Source: Acidobacteriota bacterium
GTDB lineage: Bacteria; Acidobacteriota; UBA4820
Direction: 5' to 3'
Assembly: GCA_029559035.1 (NCBI GenBank)
Contig: JAKQCT010000061.1
Coordinates: 94,162 to 158,161, forward strand
Length of the DNA stretch: 64,000 nucleotides
This document shows, piece by piece, positions 38,593 through 46,128 of this stretch. The notes beneath the pieces were generated by a model. The model had not been told where the DNA came from. It worked only from the letters and a program-made list of their open reading frames with translations, and did no database searches. The translations under genes were made by a program, and so were the position numbers. The first letter of the stretch is position 1, and each line of letters begins with the position of its first letter.

Positions 38593-40221
38593 ATGAGAAG
38601 GTCCTTTGCGATCCTCGTCATCGACGACAACCATCCCGAGTACGGTCGGAAGCTATCCCGGGAAATGAAAAAGAAAAGGAAAGAGTGGTCTTTTATCTTC
38701 GCTTCGGACGAAAAATCCGCCCGCGCCGTCCTGCGCGAAGCGCCCCCTGACCTGGTTCTCCTCGACACCGACCTCTCGAGGAAAGGCCGCGAGGGGCTGG
38801 GGCTCATCCGCCACATCCGCGAGAAATACCCGCAGATACCGGTGATATTGATGACCGCCTCCAAGAAATGCGATATCGTAAGGGACTCCTTCATTACGAA
38901 GGCGACGCAGGATTCGCTCAAGGTGGCCGAAGTGGCGCCCCAGGGCTTCGTATTCAAGGACGAGATCTTCGACCCCGACAGCAGCTTCGCCCTCCTCGAA
39001 AAGGAGATATCGCGGGCTCTCAGGAAGTTCGGAAGGGTCCGCAACACGACGGGAGTGCTGATCACCCACGGCACCGACACTTTCGCCTGGGTGCTTGCCT
39101 ACCTGCGATATTCGCTGAAGGGGCTAACCGCGAACGTCGCCGTGACGGGCTCTCAGATACCCCTCGAAGCGACGTTCTCGCCTTCGGACGCGATCGGGAA
39201 CCTGAGGACGGCGATATTCCTCCTTTCGAAGCTCAGCCCGGCGCACCTTTTCGCGGTCTTCAACAACGGCAAGCAGGTCTTCTCGGGAAGGCTTATCAAG
39301 TTCAGGAAATGGGACCCCGAGGCGTTCGAGGGAAGGCTGGCCGCCTCCGTGACGCACGACGGGATAAAGATCCTGAGGGACGACTGGGTGCTGATCCCTT
39401 ACGAGGACCAGAAGCTCGAGGACCTGCACCTTCTCAGGACGGGCGGGACGATAGAATCCTCGCAGAAGAAGGGCGGCGGGCTGTCGCCTAAGGGCCATTT
39501 CGTGCCGGAGTACATCAGGACCTCTTTATCCGGTTATTTCGACAAGCTTCACACCCACGACATCGTCGCGCTCGACTCTTCCAACATTTCTTACGAGGAA
39601 TGGGAGAAGCTCTCGAAAGCGATAGAGAAACTGGGGCTGTGCGAGGCGGACACCAAGTTCGAAAAGGGCGTCAAGCCGATCTTCGTGAACCCGCTCTTCA
39701 CGACGCAGGACTACAGGAAGTTCTTCAACTTCTGCGGGCAGGGGGCGATATTGCTCGGCTACGGCGCGGGCAACGCCAACGTCCTCGAGAAGTCTCCAAG
39801 GTCCATTCTTCCGGCCCTGAGGGAGGCGATCGAGGGCGGCATGGTAGTCGCCGTAACGTCCCAGGTCCCTCTCGAATCCTACGACGCGGAATACGAAAGC
39901 GGCAGGAAGCTTCTCGAAGCGGGCGGCATCCCGTGCGGCGACCTTTCGTTCTCGGACGCACAGGTGAAGCTCAGCTACATCCTCGGGCACAGGGAAAAGA
40001 TCAGGGAGGCGGCGGAAGAAGCGGGGCTCAGCGAGGAGCTCGTGATCGTTTCGTCGTTCCTTTCGGGCGTCACGCTCTTCAGGAGCCAGAGCGACGAACT
40101 GCAGAAAAGGTTCACCCGCGAGAAGAAGGGCCTGATAAGGCTTCTGCCGAAGGACCCGTTCGTCTTCAGGCCTTTCGACTACGCCCTGAAAAAGATCATC
40201 GCCACTCTGAAAGAGCCTTGA
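38593..40221 (+). CDS. response-regulator receiver domain fused to an L-asparaginase-like domain (N-domain motif order permuted)
   Basis: REC: ILVIDD...DLVLLDTDL...PVILMTAS. Asparaginase: VLITHGTDT (~aa 165) comes BEFORE LLRTGGTIES...VALDSSNISYEEWEKLSKAI (~aa 285), which is followed by the C-domain LLGYGAGNANV...VVAVTSQVPLES. Confidence 0.75.
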   Translation: MRRSFAILVIDDNHPEYGRKLSREMKKKRKEWSFIFASDEKSARAVLREAPPDLVLLDTDLSRKGREGLGLIRHIREKYPQIPVILMTASKKCDIVRDSFITKATQDSLKVAEVAPQGFVFKDEIFDPDSSFALLEKEISRALRKFGRVRNTTGVLITHGTDTFAWVLAYLRYSLKGLTANVAVTGSQIPLEATFSPSDAIGNLRTAIFLLSKLSPAHLFAVFNNGKQVFSGRLIKFRKWDPEAFEGRLAASVTHDGIKILRDDWVLIPYEDQKLEDLHLLRTGGTIESSQKKGGGLSPKGHFVPEYIRTSLSGYFDKLHTHDIVALDSSNISYEEWEKLSKAIEKLGLCEADTKFEKGVKPIFVNPLFTTQDYRKFFNFCGQGAILLGYGAGNANVLEKSPRSILPALREAIEGGMVVAVTSQVPLESYDAEYESGRKLLEAGGIPCGDLSFSDAQVKLSYILGHREKIREAAEEAGLSEELVIVSSFLSGVTLFRSQSDELQKRFTREKKGLIRLLPKDPFVFRPFDYALKKIIATLKEP

Positions 40222-40239
40222 TTCCTTAGCTTGAGGATC

Positions 40240-41388
40240 TCATTTTTTATCGGCGGCCCGGGCGGGTTTTTCACCTGAAGCCACCACCGCGACGAGGCGC
40301 CTCACAAGTTCGAACCCGTTGGTCGCCCCGTGATTGAGGACGCACCCCGAAACTGTCATGTCGAGCGACGGTATGTAAAACGCGAACGTGTTCCAGAACC
40401 CCTGGTGCCCTATGGCGAGCCGGCCGTCGCACTCCTTGACCATCAGGCCTAACCTGTAAGGATAGGTCCCCCGCCCGAGCATCTCCCTTATCGTGCGCGG
40501 CTTGTCGAAAACCTCCCCCGATATGAGCTTTCGCGTGAAGATCGCCATGTCCCTCGTGTCGGAGACTATGCCCCCTCCTCCGTAGAGATCGTAAGAGGCG
40601 GTCCAGCCCGTGACATCCCGATCGCCGAAATATTGATGGGCCCTCGGGCCTGCGCCTTCCGGAGCCTTCTCCATGTACTCCCAGTGGGTCGCCTTCAGGC
40701 CGAGCATGTCATATCGGAGAAGCTCCCGGACGGCCGGGCCGAGCTTCATCCCGGTCCACTTCTCGAGCAGCGTCCCCAGAAGCACATATCCGCTGTCGCT
40801 GTACTGGTACTTCTCCCCGGGCTTCCCCACCGGCTCCCGCCATTCGACGAGAAGGCGAAGCTGTTCATCGGGCGTCCAAGGGTAGTCGTGGTTCGAAATT
40901 ATCCGTTCCTCGAAACGATCATCGCTGGTGTGGTCCCCGAAGCCGGCGGTGTGGCTGAGCACCTGTGCCAGGGTTATGGAATCCACATCATAACCGTCGC
41001 TCTTCAGAAGTTTTGACTGCTCCGTGGAGATGTGCTTCGACAGAGGATCGTCGAGGTTTACCCGCCTCCTTTCCGCAAGGCGCAGAACTGATGCCGCCAC
41101 ATAGGTCTTGGTGTTGCTGGCCACTCGGAAGGTATGAAACTGAGTGAGCGGCCCGGCCTCCCCGCGGTCTGCTTTGCCCGCCGCTCCTGACCAATCCAGC
41201 CCTTTTTCGGGGCAGATGACGGTCACGCACACTCCCGGCGCGGACGGGTTTTCCGTGAGGAACGTCTCTATCGTTTTCTGAAGCCTCGTTTTCATTTCCG
41301 CTTCCTGCGCCCGAATCGTTCCTGAGGCAAAAAACATTGCTGTCGCGAAGATCGATAGTTTGATGAAGCCCGATGTTCTCCCTGTCAT
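40240..41388 (-). CDS. serine hydrolase, beta-lactamase/transpeptidase-like fold (class C beta-lactamase/esterase family)
   Basis: Signal peptide, S-x-x-K (VASNTKTY), YSDSGY (Y-x-N-like) and HTAGF motifs. Confidence 0.75.
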   Translation of the reverse strand: MTGRTSGFIKLSIFATAMFFASGTIRAQEAEMKTRLQKTIETFLTENPSAPGVCVTVICPEKGLDWSGAAGKADRGEAGPLTQFHTFRVASNTKTYVAASVLRLAERRRVNLDDPLSKHISTEQSKLLKSDGYDVDSITLAQVLSHTAGFGDHTSDDRFEERIISNHDYPWTPDEQLRLLVEWREPVGKPGEKYQYSDSGYVLLGTLLEKWTGMKLGPAVRELLRYDMLGLKATHWEYMEKAPEGAGPRAHQYFGDRDVTGWTASYDLYGGGGIVSDTRDMAIFTRKLISGEVFDKPRTIREMLGRGTYPYRLGLMVKECDGRLAIGHQGFWNTFAFYIPSLDMTVSGCVLNHGATNGFELVRRLVAVVASGEKPARAADKK

Positions 41389-41520
41389 CCCGCCTCCACG
41401 CGAGCCGTTGTCATTTCAGCCCGGCCAGGAACCATTTTATCAGGTTTTGGAAAGGAAAAGAGGACTCCAAAAGAAGGGTCTCCCGCATGGATAGAAAAGC
41501 ATGCGTATTATCCCTGACCC

Positions 41521-41964
41521 CTACTCTTTCTTCATCAGCCGGAAGCCATTCTCAGCCGGGCCTGCATCAGTGAACCCGCATTTTTCCAGGACCCTTATCG
41601 AAGCGGTGTTGTTTTTGGACACTCCGGCATAAATCGGGCGGTCAGTCTCCGCCTCGAGGAAAAGCTCAAGCGCTTTTGTCGCTAAGCCCTTCCCCCAGTA
41701 CTCCCTGCCTATCCAGTACCCGACCTCCCGCCTGCCTTCGACGATAAAGCTGACGATGTTGCCCGCGACCTCTCCGTTAAAGAGGATGGTCCTTTTCAGG
41801 ACGAGGCCGTCCTCCATGATCTTCCGCCAGTGGGCAATGAACGCCGCTTCGTCCCTGCTTTTGAACTCGGCCATCGCCGCCGCGTCGGGATCAGCCTGGT
41901 GCAGGAAGAAAACGGGAAGGTCCTCCGCTTTCACTTCCCGAAGCGTGATCTCTGCATCCCTCAT
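41521..41964 (-). CDS. GNAT family N-acetyltransferase
   Basis: GNAT motif A region VGYWIGREYWGKGLATKA. Confidence 0.8.
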   Translation of the reverse strand: MRDAEITLREVKAEDLPVFFLHQADPDAAAMAEFKSRDEAAFIAHWRKIMEDGLVLKRTILFNGEVAGNIVSFIVEGRREVGYWIGREYWGKGLATKALELFLEAETDRPIYAGVSKNNTASIRVLEKCGFTDAGPAENGFRLMKKE

Positions 41965-42045
41965 TTTTGCGTCCCCTCACGGGAGAGAACCGGCAGTCAT
42001 AATCCGTATCCCCCTCTCTGAAAACGCCTTCCCGCGCGCCCTTAG

Positions 42046-42474
42046 TTAGTTGGCTTCGACCATCTCCGCCCACGCGGCCCTCTCGAGCACGGCCGTGAGC
42101 TCATAGATCATCAGGCTCTGCCTGAGGACCGTCTGAAGCATCGCTTTCAGCGGTTCGTTCCTAATGTCTGAGTTGCGGTCAAGGTCGATCTTTTTCATCC
42201 GCCACTCCGGGAACAGGCGCTCCATCTCGCCTTCCTCCGATTTTAAAAGGAGTATGTCCTTGTGGCGGGGGTCCTTGAGGAGAGAGCTCCAGAGCGAATC
42301 TATCGCCTCGGGAGGGCCTTCTATCACCTGGAAAAAGATCCCGCCCGAAGCCATGAGAGCACCTGTGATGTCCTTTTTCGAGTTGTTCTCCCCCGCGATC
42401 TTTGCAAGCTCATCTATCTCGGGGGTTGAAAGCTGTTTCGCGAACCTGCTTATGTACTTTATCCTTTTTAGCAA
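42046..42474 (-). CDS. BLUF domain blue-light photoreceptor (short, single-domain)
   Basis: YISRF...(Y)...ITGALMASGGIFFQVIEGPPEAIDSLWSSLLKDPRHKDILLL...W(R)M matches the BLUF flavin-binding core (conserved Tyr, Gln in FQVIEG, Trp/Met C-terminal to it). Confidence 0.8.
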   Translation of the reverse strand: MLKRIKYISRFAKQLSTPEIDELAKIAGENNSKKDITGALMASGGIFFQVIEGPPEAIDSLWSSLLKDPRHKDILLLKSEEGEMERLFPEWRMKKIDLDRNSDIRNEPLKAMLQTVLRQSLMIYELTAVLERAAWAEMVEAN

Positions 42475-42558
42475 GGCATCCTCCTCTGATTAATGATCAA
42501 ACCTTAACTTTTGCGTTTGTATTCCGCAACGACACCTTTTTCGGAAATATAAACTATT

Positions 42559-43356
42559 TCACGCGAGCACTCCCCGTAGCCGCCCGCCGTCAACCGGCAG
42601 GGAAACACCCGTGATGTATGAAGCCTGTTCCGAGCAGAGGAAGGCAGTTGCGGCTGCGATCTCTTCCGGCTGAGCCATCCTTCGCATGGGGATGGAAGCC
42701 TCCCACTCCTCGCGGACTTTCTCGGGAGTGACACTCCTCTTCGCCGCCAGCGCGGAGGAGAGTTCCAGGTGCCTCTCTGTCCTCGTGTATCCGGGGCAGA
42801 TCGAATTGACGGTGATCCCTTCCTTCGCGACCTCGTTCGAAAGAGTCTTCAGGAATCCTGTCAGGCCCGCCCTGAAAGTATTCGACAGCGCGAGGTTCTC
42901 TATCGGCTCGAAGACCGAAACGGAAGTTATCGCGACTATCCTCCCCCATTTCTTTTCTCTCATCGAAGGAAGAAAAGCGCGGACAAGCCTGACGGTCGAG
43001 AGAAAGGTCTGCCGGAAGCCGCCATCTAGGCTCTCCTCGTCCATGACTTCAAGCGCCCCGCCCGCCTTTGGACCTCCGCAGTTGGCGATGAGGATATCGA
43101 TGCCGCCGAATGTTTTGACGGTATTCATAACCGCCGCGTCGATCTCATCCTCTTTCGTCAGGTCGCAGTTGTGGAACGACGCCTTAACGCCGTATCGCGA
43201 TCCGAGATCTTCCGCCCTCTTTTCAAGAAGCTCTCCGTTCCTCGCTACAAGGAATAAATCAGCTCCTTCCCGGGCGAGCGATTCCGCCGACGCATAGCCG
43301 ATTCCCTTGGAACTTCCGGCAACGAAGGCTCTCTTTCCTCTTAGACCTAGATCCAT
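42559..43356 (-). CDS. SDR family oxidoreductase
   Basis: TGxxxGIG cofactor motif (AGSSKGIGYA), NCGG, and catalytic S...Y-x3-K region. Confidence 0.85.
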   Translation of the reverse strand: MDLGLRGKRAFVAGSSKGIGYASAESLAREGADLFLVARNGELLEKRAEDLGSRYGVKASFHNCDLTKEDEIDAAVMNTVKTFGGIDILIANCGGPKAGGALEVMDEESLDGGFRQTFLSTVRLVRAFLPSMREKKWGRIVAITSVSVFEPIENLALSNTFRAGLTGFLKTLSNEVAKEGITVNSICPGYTRTERHLELSSALAAKRSVTPEKVREEWEASIPMRRMAQPEEIAAATAFLCSEQASYITGVSLPVDGGRLRGVLA

Positions 43357-43392
43357 TTTACCTCCATTTTGGGTTTTGTCACGTCAAAAAGA

Positions 43393-43584
43393 TCAGGCCG
43401 GTTTCCTGTTCTCGAACCAGAGATACGCGGCGATACCTCCCGCGAACAGGAAGCCGACAACGCTCATCCAGAGCGGTACCTCCGCGCCGCCCACAACCAC
43501 TTCCAGCCGGAATATGACTCTCAGCAGATGAGCCAGGGAAACGATCGTCAGGATGATCATCGCCAGCACAACGGATCTTTTCAT
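43393..43584 (-). CDS. small membrane protein (2 TM helices), hypothetical
   Basis: Start taken at the internal Met (MKRSVVLAMIILTIVSLAHLL...). The longer track ORF has a non-membrane N-terminal extension. Confidence 0.35.
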   Translation of the reverse strand: MKRSVVLAMIILTIVSLAHLLRVIFRLEVVVGGAEVPLWMSVVGFLFAGGIAAYLWFENRKPA

Positions 43585-43687
43585 GGCATCCTCCCATCGG
43601 TTTTCTTCACAGTTCAATATTAAACCCTGCCGGGATTTTTTAAAAGAAGGAATAAAACCGGCTGGTCGGAGATTTATTCTTTGTGAG

Positions 43688-43715
43688 TTGAAAATCACGC
43701 AGACTCTGTTATAAT
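43688..43715 (+). promoter_or_regulatory. candidate sigma70 promoter of the cupin-hcp-rubredoxin operon (TTGAAA-N16-TGnTATAAT)
   Basis: ttgaaa 43688-43693; tg 43707-43708; tataat 43710-43715; AAAGGAGAG RBS before ATG 43749. Confidence 0.45.
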
Positions 43716-43748
43716 TTCCACACCACATTTTTTCGAAAGGAGAGAGAG

Positions 43749-44069
43749 ATGCCTGAAAACGCCTTCATAGCGAAGCTCGACGGAATGATCCAGTTCGCCG
43801 ACAAGGGGATAGTCTCGAAATCGATCTACGACTCTAAACACTCCAAGGTGGTGCTATTCTGTTTCGAGGAAGGGCAGTTCCTGAGCGAACACACGGCGCC
43901 CTTCGAGGCTCACATAAACGTCCTCGACGGGGAGGGAGAATTCCTTCTCGGCACGGAAACCTTAACCGGGACTAAAGGTTCTTTCTTTGTGATGAACAAG
44001 GGAATGCTTCACGCCATCAAGGCGAAAAAGAGGCTCGTCTTTCTCTTGACTTTAATCAAGGAAAGCTGA
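43749..44069 (+). CDS. cupin domain protein
   Basis: ~105 aa with two His-containing cupin motifs (EHTAPFEAH...; GMLHAIKA). Confidence 0.7.
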   Translation: MPENAFIAKLDGMIQFADKGIVSKSIYDSKHSKVVLFCFEEGQFLSEHTAPFEAHINVLDGEGEFLLGTETLTGTKGSFFVMNKGMLHAIKAKKRLVFLLTLIKES

Positions 44070-44072
44070 ACC

Positions 44073-44101
44073 CCTTTCAAGTAGAATGTGTTCTTGAAAG
44101 G
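44073..44101 (+). promoter_or_regulatory. inverted repeat CCTTTCAAG-N11-CTTGAAAGG between cupin gene and hcp (regulator site or attenuator hairpin)
   Basis: A perfect 9-bp inverted repeat 30 nt upstream of the hcp start. Confidence 0.25.
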
Positions 44102-44131
44102 GCATGAAGCCCGCGTGAAAGGAGGAGCCAA

Positions 44132-45793
44132 ATGTTTTGTTTTCAGTGCCAGGAAACGGCGAAGAACACGGGATGCACGGTAAAAGGGGTCTGCGGCAAA
44201 CAGGAAAGCACGGCCGACCTGCAGGACCTTCTAATATTCGTTCTCAAGGGGATCGCGGTCTACCAGGACAAGCTCAGGGAACTGGACGAACCGTGCCGCT
44301 GCAACCATGAGTTCATCATCAAGAGCCTCTTCGCGACGATCACGAACGCCAATTTCGACGACGCCCGCTTCACGACGCTCATAACCGAGGCGCTCGAGCG
44401 GCGCGAGAAGTCCAGAGCGAAGTTCCTCGAGGTGTGGAAGAAGAAGAACGGAAGCGATTTCAACGGAACGCTCCACGCGTCCGCCACCTGGACGGGAGCT
44501 CCTTCGACCTTCGCGGCTCAGGCGAAGCTGGCCGGCATACTCGCCACAGGCAACGAGGACGTAAGGTCTCTGAGGGAACTGCTGGTGATCGGACTCAAGG
44601 GCATCGCGGCCTACGCCGAACACGCCTGGGTGCTCGGGCACAAGAAGGACGAGATAGGCGATTTCATGATAGAAGCTCTCGCATCGACCACAAAGGACCT
44701 TCCGGTGGACCAGATGGTAGGCCTCGTAATGAAAGCCGGACAAACTGCCGTGACGACGATGGCCCTTTTGGACGAGGCGAACACCAGGGCATACGGGAAC
44801 CCCGAGATCACCGAAGTGAACATCGGCGTCGGCAAAAACCCCGGCATCCTGATCTCCGGACACGACCTCAAGGACATGGAAGAACTTCTCAAGCAGACAG
44901 AAGGGACGGGAGTTGACGTCTACACCCACAGCGAAATGCTGCCCGCCCATTACTATCCCGCCTTCAAGAAATACAAGCACTTCGTCGGCAACTACGGCAA
45001 CTCCTGGTGGAAACAGAACGAAGAGTTCGAATCCTTCAACGGCCCGATCCTGCTCACCACGAACTGCCTCGTCCCGCTGAGGAAGGAGAACACCTACCTC
45101 GACAGGCTATTCACGACGGGAGTTGCCGGCTACCAAGGAGCGACGCATATTGTCGACAGGCCCGAAGGAGGAAGAAAAGACTTCTCCGTCATCATCGAGA
45201 AGGCGAAGAAGTGCCCGCCCCCGAAGGAGATCGAGACCGGGAAGATCATCGGCGGCTTCGCCCACAACCAGGTGATGGCGGTGGCCGACAAGGTCGTCGA
45301 GGCGGTAAAGTCGGGCGCGATCAAACGCTTCGTGGTCATGGCCGGCTGCGACGGAAGGATGAAGAACCGCAGCTACTTCACCGAGGTCGCCGAAGCTCTG
45401 CCGAAGGACACGATCATCCTCACCGCGGGCTGCGCGAAGTACCGCTATAACAAGCTTCCGCTGGGCGACATCGGCGGCATCCCGCGAGTCCTCGACGCCG
45501 GGCAGTGCAACGACAGCTACTCCCTCGCCGTGATAGCCCTCAAGCTCAAGGAAGTGTTCGGCCTTGACGACATCAACAAGCTTCCATTATCCTTTGATAT
45601 CGCCTGGTACGAGCAGAAGGCCGTCGCCGTGCTTCTCGCCCTGCTCTACCTGGGAGTGAAAGGGATACGCCTGGGGCCGACCCTTCCGGCGTTCCTTTCA
45701 CCCAACGTCGCGAAGGTGCTGGTCGAGAAGTTCGACATCAAGCCGATCGCTACCGTCCATGAGGACGTTGCCGCGATGATGGCTGGAAACTGA
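44132..45793 (+). CDS. hcp: hydroxylamine reductase / hybrid-cluster protein
   Basis: N-terminal Cys cluster [23 protein letters not shown], full-length 553 aa. Confidence 0.9.
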   Translation: MFCFQCQETAKNTGCTVKGVCGKQESTADLQDLLIFVLKGIAVYQDKLRELDEPCRCNHEFIIKSLFATITNANFDDARFTTLITEALERREKSRAKFLEVWKKKNGSDFNGTLHASATWTGAPSTFAAQAKLAGILATGNEDVRSLRELLVIGLKGIAAYAEHAWVLGHKKDEIGDFMIEALASTTKDLPVDQMVGLVMKAGQTAVTTMALLDEANTRAYGNPEITEVNIGVGKNPGILISGHDLKDMEELLKQTEGTGVDVYTHSEMLPAHYYPAFKKYKHFVGNYGNSWWKQNEEFESFNGPILLTTNCLVPLRKENTYLDRLFTTGVAGYQGATHIVDRPEGGRKDFSVIIEKAKKCPPPKEIETGKIIGGFAHNQVMAVADKVVEAVKSGAIKRFVVMAGCDGRMKNRSYFTEVAEALPKDTIILTAGCAKYRYNKLPLGDIGGIPRVLDAGQCNDSYSLAVIALKLKEVFGLDDINKLPLSFDIAWYEQKAVAVLLALLYLGVKGIRLGPTLPAFLSPNVAKVLVEKFDIKPIATVHEDVAAMMAGN

Positions 45794-45824
45794 TGATGAC
45801 CGTTTTTCTTGAGAAGGAGGAAGC

Positions 45825-45989
45825 ATGAGCAAGTGGCGCTGTATTCCGTGCGGTTACATTTACGACCCTGCCGAAGGCGACGCGGACGGCGGGATAGCAC
45901 CCGGCACCGCGTTCGAAGACCTTCCGGCCGACTGGGTCTGTCCCGTCTGCGGCGTGGGCAAGGAGGACTTCGAGAAGCTTGAAGAGTAG
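45825..45989 (+). CDS. rubredoxin (54 aa), absent from the ORF track
   Basis: [54 protein letters not shown] with CxxCG...CPxCG iron-binding knuckles. GAAGGAGG RBS 6 nt upstream. Confidence 0.85.
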   Translation: MSKWRCIPCGYIYDPAEGDADGGIAPGTAFEDLPADWVCPVCGVGKEDFEKLEE

Positions 45990-46016
45990 CGTTCAGTTAA
46001 ATATTAACAATCATAA

Positions 46017-46045
46017 GGGGCGGTCATCCGCCCCTTTTTCTTTTT
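46017..46045 (+). terminator. rho-independent terminator after rubredoxin
   Basis: ggggcgg-tcat-ccgcccc followed by tttttcttttt. Confidence 0.65.
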
Positions 46046-46128
46046 GGCTGAATTGCATTTTCCCGTTCCTTGCCATAAAATAATTTCTTGATAATTGAAA
46101 AACATCGCTCTTGAGAAGGGGGTATCAA

